64,000 bases of DNA. Source: Longimicrobiales bacterium (GTDB taxonomy: Bacteria > Gemmatimonadota > Gemmatimonadetes > Longimicrobiales > Gaopeijiaceae). A program made the translations under genes and the position numbers. This document shows, piece by piece, positions 10,622-20,020 of this stretch. The notes under the pieces are model-generated. The model did no database searches. It had not been told where the DNA came from and worked only from the letters and a program-made list of their open reading frames with translations. Every line of letters starts with the position of its first letter. Position 1 is the first letter of the stretch. Location of the stretch: assembly GCA_965202985.1 (NCBI GenBank), contig CBDBCF010000001.1:416001-480000 (forward strand), in the 5' to 3' direction.

Positions 10622-12015
10622 GGCTCTTCGCTTAACCTAGTGGGTTCGCGGTTGGGCAGGGTGCTGAGCATCGCTTGTCGAGGAAGGCGGGACGAGGGGT
10701 CTATGGGGTCACCGGCGGGCGGTGCGGGGCGAGAGGTCGAGGCCGCCGAGGTGGAAGAGGATGGCGGTGACGAAGCGGTCGTAGTTGCGGAAGCCGCGGC
10801 TGCGGGCCTTGACCATCTGGATCCTGCTGTTGATGCTCTCGGCCGGGCCGTTGGTCGCTCGCAGCACGACGGCGTTGAGTATGCCCCACAGGTGGGCGCC
10901 GACCATCTCGGCGACCTTGTGAACGGGCGCGAGCCCGCAGCCCGACGCCCATTGCAGCCAGTGCAGCCAGGCGTTCTCGGCCGAGCCCCGGAGCTTGTAG
11001 TCCCACAGCTTCGATGCCGCCTCCTTCACCGCCCAGGCGCGGGCGGTCCGGTCCACGTTCTTGCGCAGCGCCGCGAACGCCAGCTTCTCGGCGTGACTCA
11101 TCTTGCCGCGTCCAGTCAGCCACCGGTAGCGCGTCCTCGCGAGCACGGCGCTGCCCTGCGCCAGCAGCTCGCGGTGCTCGGCGCGCCGCACCTTGTCCAC
11201 CGCGTCCGCCAGGTGCTTGGCCACGTGGAAGCGGTCGAACGCCGTCTTCAGCTCCGCGCCCGGCACCCACTCCCCCGTCGCCGCCACGTAGGGACCCCAC
11301 ATGTCCATCGACACGCTCTCCAACCCGGCCAGCCAGCCGCCGTCCCTGCTCCGGTAGAACTGCGCCAGCGACTCTCGGGTCCGACCCTTCGCCACGTGCA
11401 GCACGCGCCCCGTGTCCGTGTCCGACACGATCGTCGCGTACCGGTGTCCGCGCTTGACCGACGTCTCGTCCACCGCCAGCCGCCGGACCGGCTCCGCCTT
11501 CCGGCGCTCGAGCCCCCGGCGCACCGCCCGCTCCATGATGCCGCTCACAGCGTTCCAGCTCATCCTCATGCGCTTCGACACCCCCAGGATGCTGGCCTCG
11601 CCGAGCCACGCCGTCACCTCCTCCTCGAACGCCGCCGTGTACCTCGACTTGTCCGCCGCCCAGGGCATCGATGCCGTCCGCACCCCGTGCTCCGGACACT
11701 CGACCCGAGGCAGGTCGCAGACCACGAACGTCTTGTAGCCCCAAGCGTCCAGGTGCCGCCACTCCCGCTCCCGAGCGTCGTATCCCGGACACGGCCGGCC
11801 GCACTCGGGACACGTCAACGGCTCGCCCGTCCGCCTCGCCACGCGCACCCGCGCCTCCATCAGCACCGGGTCCTCCTCGACCCCCTTCACCTCCCAGCCC
11901 GGCCCCAACGCCATCAAGCTCTCCACCCACTTCCGCATCTCCATCCTCGCCTCCTCGGTTCATGGTCCATGTCGCCCCTTGATCCTACACAGCCCACACC
12001 ATATGGGGAAGCGCC
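10622..12015 (-). mobile_element. ISL3 family insertion sequence, copy 2 (1394 bp)
   Basis: Inverted near-identical copy of 6734-8127. 8-bp target duplication CGAAACTC (10614-10621) / CGAAACTT (12016-12023) with one mismatch. Confidence 0.95.
10709..11944 (-). CDS. ISL3 family transposase
   Basis: Protein identical to 6805..8040 in the ORF track. Confidence 0.95.
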   Translation of the reverse strand: MEMRKWVESLMALGPGWEVKGVEEDPVLMEARVRVARRTGEPLTCPECGRPCPGYDAREREWRHLDAWGYKTFVVCDLPRVECPEHGVRTASMPWAADKSRYTAAFEEEVTAWLGEASILGVSKRMRMSWNAVSGIMERAVRRGLERRKAEPVRRLAVDETSVKRGHRYATIVSDTDTGRVLHVAKGRTRESLAQFYRSRDGGWLAGLESVSMDMWGPYVAATGEWVPGAELKTAFDRFHVAKHLADAVDKVRRAEHRELLAQGSAVLARTRYRWLTGRGKMSHAEKLAFAALRKNVDRTARAWAVKEAASKLWDYKLRGSAENAWLHWLQWASGCGLAPVHKVAEMVGAHLWGILNAVVLRATNGPAESINSRIQMVKARSRGFRNYDRFVTAILFHLGGLDLSPRTARR

Positions 12016-12261
12016 CGAAACTTCCGCCATCGTGCTCGAATACCACACTGTCAGCCGACTGCTTGACAGAGACAGTCAGCTGACCCTGCGAGTCTCGAGC
12101 AGCATCCCTCGCATTCTGCACTAATTCCCATATCCAGCGACTGGTGTCGGGCTGGCCACTTCTGAGCCTCGTAAGGTTGTTGAGAATACTCTGGGCCGTA
12201 TTGTCGGCGAGGACCTGGGTTCTCTGTTCGTCAAAATCGGAATCGTGTCGGTATCTCTTGG

Positions 12262-12486
12262 TCATGTCGGGTATCGCCGCATACATACCTCGTGCCGTAC
12301 TGCGGGTAACACGGTGTCGGGCCGCGTGCGTTGTCCGCCAAGTCGTCGGTATGGTGACCACCGGATTCGTGGTGGCTTTCGAGGGTTGGTACAACCCAGC
12401 CTCAAGCACCGCAGCGTAACCTCCGTGTAGTGACGGGAATTGCTGGCCTCAAGCAGCACCTTGTACGCCACATCAATTACCGTCAC
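12262..12486 (-). pseudogene. HARE-HTH (HB1/ASXL/restriction endonuclease winged HTH) domain, frameshifted
   Basis: MTVIDVAYKVLLEASNSRHYTEVT continues in another frame as AVLEAGLYQPSKATTNPVVTI...RSTARGMY, matching the HARE-HTH pattern MT..E.A..VL.E...LHY.EI....L..GL. Confidence 0.6.
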
Positions 12487-12489
12487 AAT

Positions 12490-14502
12490 TCAGCAGCTCA
12501 CGCACCTGTGATTGTTCTTCGCGCCCAACCGTTCCAGCAGGGCGATCGTGGCCGGGAAGGGCTGGATCCTTTGCACCGGGCCGTTCGCCATGTCGACGGT
12601 GGTCTGGCCGCTCCGAGCAACGGCGGTCGGGTCGGCGCCCTTCTCGACCAAGTATAGGATCATCTCGTTGTCGCCGCGGGCGGCGGCGTGATGCACGGGA
12701 GTGTAGCCGTTGTGGTCGCGGGCGTTCACGTCGGCGCCAAGTTCCTCGACCAGGAAGCGGACGGCGGGCATCCAGCCGTCGGGGACGTGGCGGTGGGAGT
12801 TCCCAGCGAACCCTTGCCCGTACCCGACCCCGGCAGCGGCGTGGATGGGGTAGACGGCCGGCCCGCCGACGGGGACCGGCGGGAGCCCGGAGTAGTCGGT
12901 GTCGTCGCGGGGGCCGAACCGTCGTTGAGGCACCTTGATCGTCGGCAGGGTCGGGTCGGCCCCGTACTCCAGCAGGAGCTTCATGGCCGGCACGTCGGTG
13001 GCGTGGGCGGCGCGCCAAAACGGGGTTGCGCCGGTGCGATCCACGCCCAGGAGGTCGCGGTTGTAGGTCGTGTACCAGAGCGTCCGACTCAACCGGGCGT
13101 CCACATCGGCGCCGGCGTCCAGCAGCTCCCGCATCAGGTCCAGGTACCCGATCTCCTGTTGCTGGTAGACGAGGGGCTGGGGATGCCGGGCCTTGGGTGC
13201 CCAGTGCATGTTCAACACCGCGTAGAGGGGCGTGGCGCCGGCGTCGCTTGCCAAGTTGGGATCGGCCCCGCGGCGCAACAACGCAGCCGCAAGGTCGAAG
13301 TAGCCGTTGATCGCGGCGACCAGCATGGGAGTGGCGCCGTCGGCGGCGCTGGGGAAGTCGATCGGCACGCCGCCCTCCAACAGCGCGAACACCGTCTCCG
13401 CATAGCCCTCGCGCGCCGCCAGGTGAACGGCCGACAAGCCGCCGTGGGTCGCCACCAACCCGGCGAAGTTGAGCGGCACCGGTTCGCCCGTCCGCTGCCG
13501 AATCTCCAACGCCTCCTGGGCGGCTTCGCGAGCTTGGGCCTGTCGGGCCTGGGCATCCTGGGCGGGCGCCTCCCGAGCCGGGGCCGCTTGACGCTGTGCC
13601 TTGTGGGCCTGGACCTCCTGGGCTCTAGCCTCCCGGACGGGCGCACCTGCCGGGGACTTGTCGCCCTCCGCCCGCTCGTCGGACGCGACCTCCGTCGTGC
13701 CCATGGCGCGCGCCCGCGTCGCCGCGACCTCCGTCCGTCGCCGGCGCTCCGACGCCCGATCCGCAATGTCCCGGTCCACCAAGTCCAAGACCCTGGCCGT
13801 GACCAGCGGGTCGGCGCTGGCCGCCAGCAGAGCCTTCACCGCCTCCGTCCGCCCCCGGGCCGCCGCGAAGTGCAACGGCGTCTGGCCCCACTCGGGCTCT
13901 TGGATGTCTACGGCCGCGCCATGGTCCAACAGCACCGACACGGACGGCAAGTCGCCCGAGGCCGCCGCGAAGTGCAGCGGAACCGCACCGGTCGTCGTGA
14001 GGGGCGAAACGTCCGCACCTGCCTCCAGCAGCAACGCGACGACCTCTCCGTGGCCCTCCTTGGCTGCCACGTGAAGCGGTCGGTGGGCACCCAGCCGCGT
14101 CCGCGTCTCCAGCGCCGCGCCCGAAGCGACCAGCAAGCCCGCGACCTCGGCGTCGCCGTTGAACGCGGCCCAGTGGAGGCCGGTCATGCCATCCCCGTGG
14201 GCGGCGTTCGGGTCCGCGCCCTCGGTCAGGAGTGCCCGCACGGCCATTGCATCGCCCCGCCGAGCAGCGTCGGCAACCGGCACATCAGCAGGCGCAACCT
14301 GATGATCGGTAGGCGCAACTTGCTGGTCTGCAGAAGCAACTTGCTGGTGCTGCGCACAGGCCCCGACAGGATCCGCTGCCCAGGCCAGCACCGACAACGT
14401 CGCGGACGCCCAAACCCCTGCCGGCGACACCATGCTCCAGCCGCGTCGCGTCGGCACGCTCAGGCGCGCTCCCGCCGGACGACGCCAAGTCCTCCACGTC
14501 AT
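12490..14502 (-). CDS. Exported ankyrin-repeat protein (paralogue 1) ending NNHRCVSC
   Basis: Many ankyrin repeats (GMTGLHWAA, G.TPLHFAA, GATPMLVAA, GYTPVHHAA). Hydrophobic N-terminus. Start is 14502 or 14433. Confidence 0.9.
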   Translation of the reverse strand: MTWRTWRRPAGARLSVPTRRGWSMVSPAGVWASATLSVLAWAADPVGACAQHQQVASADQQVAPTDHQVAPADVPVADAARRGDAMAVRALLTEGADPNAAHGDGMTGLHWAAFNGDAEVAGLLVASGAALETRTRLGAHRPLHVAAKEGHGEVVALLLEAGADVSPLTTTGAVPLHFAAASGDLPSVSVLLDHGAAVDIQEPEWGQTPLHFAAARGRTEAVKALLAASADPLVTARVLDLVDRDIADRASERRRRTEVAATRARAMGTTEVASDERAEGDKSPAGAPVREARAQEVQAHKAQRQAAPAREAPAQDAQARQAQAREAAQEALEIRQRTGEPVPLNFAGLVATHGGLSAVHLAAREGYAETVFALLEGGVPIDFPSAADGATPMLVAAINGYFDLAAALLRRGADPNLASDAGATPLYAVLNMHWAPKARHPQPLVYQQQEIGYLDLMRELLDAGADVDARLSRTLWYTTYNRDLLGVDRTGATPFWRAAHATDVPAMKLLLEYGADPTLPTIKVPQRRFGPRDDTDYSGLPPVPVGGPAVYPIHAAAGVGYGQGFAGNSHRHVPDGWMPAVRFLVEELGADVNARDHNGYTPVHHAAARGDNEMILYLVEKGADPTAVARSGQTTVDMANGPVQRIQPFPATIALLERLGAKNNHRCVSC

Positions 14503-14512
14503 GGTCGCCGCC

Positions 14513-15907
14513 CTACCCCGACAACGCGAAGGCGTCCGTGCTGTCGCCGAAGCTCTCCACATCGTCCATCCCCAGCTTGTGCATGAGGCTGACCATGACG
14601 TTCGCCATCGGCGTTCCGGGGTCGGCCCGCAGGTGCAGATCGCCGTCCATGCGCCCGTTGGCGCCGCCCACCACGAAGAGCGGGCAGCGCTTGTGGTTGT
14701 GCACGTTGGAGTCACCCATGGGAGAGCCGTAGACGACCATCGCCTTGTCGAGCAGGGTGCCGTCGCCCTCTTGGATGCGGCTCAGCCGGTCAAGCAGGTA
14801 CGGGACCAACCCGACGTGGTAGCGATTGATCTCGGCGAACTCCAACACGTTGGCCGGGGTCCCGCCGTGGTGCGACGACGGATGGAAGCCCTTCTCCACG
14901 CCGCTCTCGGGGTACACGCGGCTGGATGCGTCGCGGCCCATCTTGAAGGAGAAGACCCGCGTCACGTCCGCCTCGAACGCCAGCGCCTGAAGGTCGAACA
15001 TGAGCTTGACGTGCTCGTCGAAAGAATCCGGCACGCCGGCCGGGGCCTCGGGCAGCTCCCGCTCGACGCCGCTCGCGCTGCGCTCGACGACGCGCTGAAT
15101 CCGTCGCTCGATCTCGCGTACGTTCTCCAAGTAGCGGTCCATGCGACGGGCGTCCTCGGGGTCGAGCCGTCGTTTGAGCAAGCCGACCTCGCCAAGCACG
15201 TAGTCCAAGACGCTGCGACCGGCCCTGCGCCTCGCCAAGCGCGCCTCCGGCGTGCCGCCCGCCCCGAAGAGCTGGTCGAAGGCGACTCTGGGATCGCGAA
15301 CCATCGGCAGGGGCTCGTCCGGGGCGGCCCACGAGATCGTGTCCGTGTACACGCACGCGTAGCCGTAGGCGCATCCGCCGGCTTGGTCCACGTTCTCGAT
15401 GCACAGCTGCATCGACGGCACCGGCGTGTCCTGTCCGAAGCGCTGCGCGTACAGCTGGTCCAGCGACGTGCCCGCCAGTACGTCCGAACTCTCGGTCTGC
15501 TTGGGATGCGCCTGGGTGAGGAAGGTGGCGCTGGACCGGAAGTGGTCGCCGCCGATCTCCTTGGGCTTGGTGGCCTCGGCGGCGCGCACGTCGGTGTCGC
15601 TCACAACGGTCAGGTAATCCCGGTAGGGCTCCAGCGACTTGAGCACGCTCGGCCCGAAGTCGAAGCCCCGTCCCGTTTCCGGGGGCGACCAAAGGTGCTG
15701 CTCGGCACCCCAGGCGTTGCTGCCCGCCGCCCCGTGGACCATTTCTATCGCGATCAGGCGGGTCTTGTCCATGGCCGTGCGGGACTTGGTGGCGGCCCAG
15801 GCCTCCCGCGCCGGCGCCATCGCGTTCAGGAAGGGAAGCGCAATCGACGCGCCCGCGCCCCGCAAGAAGGTTCGGCGGGGCAGGTGTCTGCCGGTCAGCA
15901 AGTTCAT
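14513..15907 (-). CDS. DUF1552 domain protein (paralogue 1) with Tat signal
   Basis: MNLLTGRHLPRRTFLRGAGASIALPFLNAM. Family motifs GTSLDQ, YTDTISW, MFDLQALAF..D.TRVFSF, GSPMGDSNVHNH. ATG overlaps the upstream stop. Confidence 0.9.
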   Translation of the reverse strand: MNLLTGRHLPRRTFLRGAGASIALPFLNAMAPAREAWAATKSRTAMDKTRLIAIEMVHGAAGSNAWGAEQHLWSPPETGRGFDFGPSVLKSLEPYRDYLTVVSDTDVRAAEATKPKEIGGDHFRSSATFLTQAHPKQTESSDVLAGTSLDQLYAQRFGQDTPVPSMQLCIENVDQAGGCAYGYACVYTDTISWAAPDEPLPMVRDPRVAFDQLFGAGGTPEARLARRRAGRSVLDYVLGEVGLLKRRLDPEDARRMDRYLENVREIERRIQRVVERSASGVERELPEAPAGVPDSFDEHVKLMFDLQALAFEADVTRVFSFKMGRDASSRVYPESGVEKGFHPSSHHGGTPANVLEFAEINRYHVGLVPYLLDRLSRIQEGDGTLLDKAMVVYGSPMGDSNVHNHKRCPLFVVGGANGRMDGDLHLRADPGTPMANVMVSLMHKLGMDDVESFGDSTDAFALSG

Positions 15908-18534
15908 CGGTGCGCTCCTTCGGCGTCGCGGTCGGCCGGTTCGGCGTTGGCGCTGGACGCGGCCTTCATTCGGAAGGCGTCGCTGCTCGCCACGCCCAGG
16001 ACGAAGGCGGAGAGTCGGTAGCCCTCGGCCTTGGCGGAACGGGCGATGCGCCTTGCCGTCGGCATGTCGTAGTGCTCCAGACGCCGTCCGAGAGCGTAGG
16101 CCATGAGGTTCTCGGTGAAGGTGCGGATCAACGGCTCCGGCCGCTTGAGCAAAGCTGCGCGCAGGTCGGTCGGCGACGCAAGCGGCGTGCCGTCGTAGAG
16201 TTCGCCGGCGGCGTCCACGGGCACGCCCTGGTCCTTGATCCGCCAAGCTCCCGCGACATCGAAGTTCTCCAGCGCCAGGCCGATCGGGTCGATCATCCGG
16301 TGGCACGAGCTGCACGCCGGACTGGCCCTGTGCATCTCCATCCGCTCCCGAACCGTGAGGAAGCGGCCGTCCTCCACGGCCTCCTCTTCCAGCTCGGGCA
16401 CGTCGGGAGGCGGGGGCGGAGGAGGCGTCCCCAGCAGCACTTCCATGACCCACTTGCCCCGCAGCACGGGCGACGTGCGACCCGCATGGGACGTGAGCGT
16501 GAGCACGCTCCCGTGGCCGAGAACGCCCCGGCGCTCTGGATTCGCGTACTTCACCTTGCGGAAGCGACTGCCCGCCACGCCCGGAATGCCGTAGTGCCTG
16601 GCCAAGCGCTCGTCGACGAAGGTGTAGTCCGCCGTGTACAGCTCCAGCAGCGGTCGGTCGTTCTGCACCAAGTGATCGAAGAAGAGCTCGGTCTCCTTGT
16701 GCATCGAGCGCTTGAGCTGCTGGTCGAAGTCGGGCGCCACCCGCACGTCGGGCTGAATCTTCTCCAGGTCCTGAAGGCGCAGCCACTGGGCGGCGAACCG
16801 GGTCGCGAGCGCAGAGGCCCGCTCGTCCCGAAGCATCCGCATCACTTGCGCCTGCAACGACGCTGGGTCGGTAAGGCGGCCCTCGCGGGCTGCCGTCATC
16901 AGCTCCGCGTCGGGTCCGGTCCCCCACAAGAAGAACGACAGCCTAGCGGCCAAGTCCACGTCGCTTATCGGGTAGGCATCCAAGGCACCTCCGGCACCGT
17001 TTCCGCCGGAAGGGAACTCGCCCGGCCCCTCCGCCGCGCCCGGCTCTTCAAAGCGGAAGACGAAGTGGGGACTTGCCAGAATCCCCTCCAGCGCCGTCCG
17101 CACACCGGCTTCGAAGCCTCCGTCCAGATGCGTCGCGGCCGATTGGACTCCGGCGGCGGGCGCGTCATTGCTGGCCGTACCGTCACCAGCCGGGTCGGCG
17201 CCGGCGTCGTACAAGCGCATCAGGACGTCCACCTCCGCCCCGTCCAGGAAGCGTCGGTACGCCTGGGTCGCCAGTCGCTCGATGATTGTCCGCGCGCACG
17301 GCCGCGCCTCCGCGGCCGACCGGGGACTGCACGAAAACACCTTGGCCCGGCTGGGCGTCTCCGACATGCCCGACGGTTCGTACGGCCCGCCGATCGCCAG
17401 GTCGCGCAGGTGCGGCAACGCCGTGAAGCCGTAGGACCCGGCGATGCTCGTGCTGGCCAGCGACCAGTCGTGGGGCGAGATCAAGTCCTGCACCGGCCCC
17501 TCCGTCCGACGGACGAACGCGGCCGCGACTTGGCGCGGTCCGGCCCGCACGTGCACCCTTTCGGTGCGGATGTTCACGCCGTCCGGGTCCGACGTGTGCA
17601 TCCAGCGGTCGATTTCCAGCAGCGCGACGGGCTCTCCGTCCACCGAGACTTCGAGCAGCTCCGGGTTGTCGTCGTCCGTGTGCAGGGCGTTGCGACCATT
17701 GCCGTAGAGCGCACCGGTGGTCTCGTGGTGGAAGGAGACGCGGAAGACGTACTCGCCGTCGGCCGGGAAGTTGTGCACGACGGCGACTCCGCCCCGCGTG
17801 CCGTAGGGCGCGCCCTCCACCCGCTCCGTCTGCGAATCCCAGCGGGACACTCGGTACGTGGCCTCGCTGGCGGTGACGTGAGGGTCGCCCAAGGCTACGC
17901 GGCTCACCTCGGCGGCGGCGCGCAAGTACCCATCCGCCAAAGTGGCGGAAAGGAGCTGCACGTCGGCAATGTTGTCGAAGTTGGCGCTCTTGGTGTCCAG
18001 CGGCAGGTACTTGCCCGCGTCGATCTCTAGATCGAGCAGGTCGCGCACCGAAGCGGCGTATTCGGCGCGGTTGAGGCGCTGGAAGGTCCGCCTGCCGGGG
18101 TTCGGACTCTCCTCGGCCGCCCGGTCCAGCTGCTCCTCCAGAGAAACTGCCAGTCCCGTCAGGACGTCTTCGTCCGGCCGGCGGGCGCCCGGCGGCGGCA
18201 TCATCCCCGCCCGAAGCTTGCGGATCATGCGCTCGGCCAACTCGGCGCTGGCCGTAGCGTCGGCGGCGTCAAAGCGCTCCAGCGACATGCCGCCCAGCAG
18301 CCGTCGGTCGTTGTGACACCGCACGCAGTACTGCCGGACGACCTCGTTGTCGGCAGGCGCAGTTCGAGGGGACGCCGCAGCCCGGTCGGGTGCACCCGGG
18401 CCGCCGAAGTTCTGGCCCGGACCCGGGTGGGCGAGTGCACCAACGGCCAGGCCAGCTCCTACCATCGCGACGGCAAGCTTGCTCATGGCATCCATCGGTG
18501 CCCGTCTAGCCAGAACGAAGGGTCTGCTGAACAT
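15904..18534 (-). CDS. DUF1592/DUF1588/DUF1587/DUF1585/DUF1595 (PSD) protein with two CxxCH haem motifs (paralogue 1)
   Basis: YCVRCHN, KLRAGMMPP, RLNRAEY, LAARLSFFLW..PD, RTSPVLRGKWV, CSSCHRMIDPIGLALENFD. Start probably near 18487-18496. Confidence 0.9.
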   Translation of the reverse strand: MFSRPFVLARRAPMDAMSKLAVAMVGAGLAVGALAHPGPGQNFGGPGAPDRAAASPRTAPADNEVVRQYCVRCHNDRRLLGGMSLERFDAADATASAELAERMIRKLRAGMMPPPGARRPDEDVLTGLAVSLEEQLDRAAEESPNPGRRTFQRLNRAEYAASVRDLLDLEIDAGKYLPLDTKSANFDNIADVQLLSATLADGYLRAAAEVSRVALGDPHVTASEATYRVSRWDSQTERVEGAPYGTRGGVAVVHNFPADGEYVFRVSFHHETTGALYGNGRNALHTDDDNPELLEVSVDGEPVALLEIDRWMHTSDPDGVNIRTERVHVRAGPRQVAAAFVRRTEGPVQDLISPHDWSLASTSIAGSYGFTALPHLRDLAIGGPYEPSGMSETPSRAKVFSCSPRSAAEARPCARTIIERLATQAYRRFLDGAEVDVLMRLYDAGADPAGDGTASNDAPAAGVQSAATHLDGGFEAGVRTALEGILASPHFVFRFEEPGAAEGPGEFPSGGNGAGGALDAYPISDVDLAARLSFFLWGTGPDAELMTAAREGRLTDPASLQAQVMRMLRDERASALATRFAAQWLRLQDLEKIQPDVRVAPDFDQQLKRSMHKETELFFDHLVQNDRPLLELYTADYTFVDERLARHYGIPGVAGSRFRKVKYANPERRGVLGHGSVLTLTSHAGRTSPVLRGKWVMEVLLGTPPPPPPPDVPELEEEAVEDGRFLTVRERMEMHRASPACSSCHRMIDPIGLALENFDVAGAWRIKDQGVPVDAAGELYDGTPLASPTDLRAALLKRPEPLIRTFTENLMAYALGRRLEHYDMPTARRIARSAKAEGYRLSAFVLGVASSDAFRMKAASSANAEPADRDAEGAHR

Positions 18535-18678
18535 CGTTTCGCGGCTGCCCTGGTCCCCGTGGTCGCGTCGTGGTGCACAGGTGCGGACGCGCTCCGCCGA
18601 GGGAAGGGCGACGACGCGCCATGCGAGAAGGTATCCCGGCCGGCGTGCGAGTCAAGGGCCGCGAGTCGCCAGCCATCC

Positions 18679-18808
18679 TGGGCGGAACGGTCCATGCGGG
18701 ACGGCCGCCTTGCCGGGTGTGCGACGAACAGTGCTGCGCGACGGCGCGGACCGCGTCCGTTCAGAGCAGGCCGACAGAATGCGACTACCGCATCAACAGT
18801 CTGTCATC
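18679..18808. repeat. Imperfect ~130-bp direct repeat, copy A (relic of an Rpn 5' region)
   Basis: Shares GGGCGGAACGGTCCATGCGGG...GGACCGCGTCCG...GCGACTACCGCATCAACAGTC with 19887-20020. Confidence 0.85.
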
Positions 18809-18841
18809 GCACAGGGGCCGTAAGAGGAGGCCGGGGCAAGG

Positions 18842-19903
18842 TCAGACGCCGTTCTCCGCTGTCTCCAGCAACTCGTCGCCGGTGTCGCAGTCCACGACCG
18901 CGTCCCCGACCCGAGCCAACTCCTTCGCACCCATCCCCTCCACCAGCCCCTCCAGCCGCTGCGCCGTCTCCGCCCCGAACCGCCGCGAAGCCTGCCGCAG
19001 CACCATCGACCGGCCTTGCTCGGCGCGGCCTTGCTCCCGGCCTTGTTCCCGGCCCTCCGCTCGGCCCCGCTCCCACCCCCGTTGCTCGTGGCCCCTCGCC
19101 CAGTCTTCGTAGGTCTCCATGTCGCCCTCTCCTCTCGGTTCGATGATCCACTCCACCGCCTGCCGCCGGCGCTCCGCCGGCCCGCTCGCAACCCGCAACC
19201 GCTCCTCCGTCCACATCGCCAGCGCACTGCGCACGTCCGAGTGCTCCGGTCCGCCCCAGCGCCTCGCCAAGCTCCGGCGAACACGCGGCAGATGCGTCCA
19301 CGGAGCACGCTCCAACGCCGCAGTCCAACTCAACACGCTGTCCCCCGGAAGCAAGTCTTGCCCGAACGCCGACTGCAAGTCAAGCACACGATGGCCGTGG
19401 GCGTGCGCCAGGTCGCCCCCAAGACCGCGCACCGCCTCCGGCGGGAGCCGCGGCCGCCCGCGCACAAACTCGGCCAGCGTCGCGACCGCATCCCACGGCG
19501 GCACGCCCGAGTAGACGACCACCGACATCGTGTACGGCACCGCGCCGCCCGGGTCCCGCAGGCCCGGATACCGATGGAACGCCAAGTGCGCCGCTTGGCT
19601 GTAGTCCATCGTGCGGAAGAGCATCTCGCGATCCAACGACGACTGGAACTCGACCAGGAACACGACCGACGCCCGACCGTCCTTGAACCACGCCCGCCAC
19701 GCGCAGTCGCCCAGCCGGCGCTGCAACTCCGGGCTCACGCTCTCGGTGGGAAACGGCTCGAGCGTCGCCAGGTCGAGCGTGCGGCTCCAGCCGTGGGCGG
19801 CGAAGTCGCGGATCAGGTCGGCGGCCGGCGGCGCACGCGAGAACAGGAGCTTGTAGGTCTCGTCGTGCCGGCGCGACTCGGGCGCTTGGGCGGAACGGTC
19901 CAT
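18842..19903 (-). CDS. Rpn family recombination-promoting nuclease / putative transposase (YhgA-like PD-(D/E)xK)
   Basis: HDETYKLLFS, LDLATLE, RLGDCAWR, FLVEFQS..DREMLFR, C-terminal G.E.G repeats and RRFG.. helical tail. Alternative start 19942. Confidence 0.88.
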   Translation of the reverse strand: MDRSAQAPESRRHDETYKLLFSRAPPAADLIRDFAAHGWSRTLDLATLEPFPTESVSPELQRRLGDCAWRAWFKDGRASVVFLVEFQSSLDREMLFRTMDYSQAAHLAFHRYPGLRDPGGAVPYTMSVVVYSGVPPWDAVATLAEFVRGRPRLPPEAVRGLGGDLAHAHGHRVLDLQSAFGQDLLPGDSVLSWTAALERAPWTHLPRVRRSLARRWGGPEHSDVRSALAMWTEERLRVASGPAERRRQAVEWIIEPRGEGDMETYEDWARGHEQRGWERGRAEGREQGREQGRAEQGRSMVLRQASRRFGAETAQRLEGLVEGMGAKELARVGDAVVDCDTGDELLETAENGV

Positions 19904-20020
19904 GCGGGGAGCGGCCTCCTTGCGGGGCGTGCGAGGGATCATGCCTCGCGACGGGCGCAGGACCGCGTCCGCCGGAGCAGGCGGACAGAATTGCGACTAC
20001 CGCATCAACAGTCCGTCATC
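19887..20020. repeat. Imperfect ~130-bp direct repeat, copy B (Rpn upstream region and start)
   Basis: See copy A. The 21-bp core GCGACTACCGCATCAACAGTC is identical at 18781-18801 and 19993-20013. Confidence 0.85.

Larger units (their letters stand above)
8128..12265 (-). pseudogene. Sacsin/NOV-like GHKL (Hsp90-type) ATPase, probably with C-terminal DUF3883-like nuclease; disrupted by two ISL3 and two frameshifts
   Basis: N-terminal RWIWELVQNARDA..FEHDGGSF (12265-12016) joins in frame to DSKEVFHLIYHGSTK..TIGQYGSGFLTTH (10613 downward) once the IS and one target copy are removed. Frameshifts near 9040 and 8825. Ends RRNQRLGQYVENEVQKCLEAEGF at the ISL3 copy 1 boundary. GC is visibly lower than the flanks. 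Confidence 0.85.

Noticed and set aside
6734..12015. Composite transposon formed by the inverted ISL3 pair
   Set aside because: The enclosed DNA continues a gene that starts outside copy 2, copy 2 has its own TSD, and the outer flanks do not match. These are two independent insertions.
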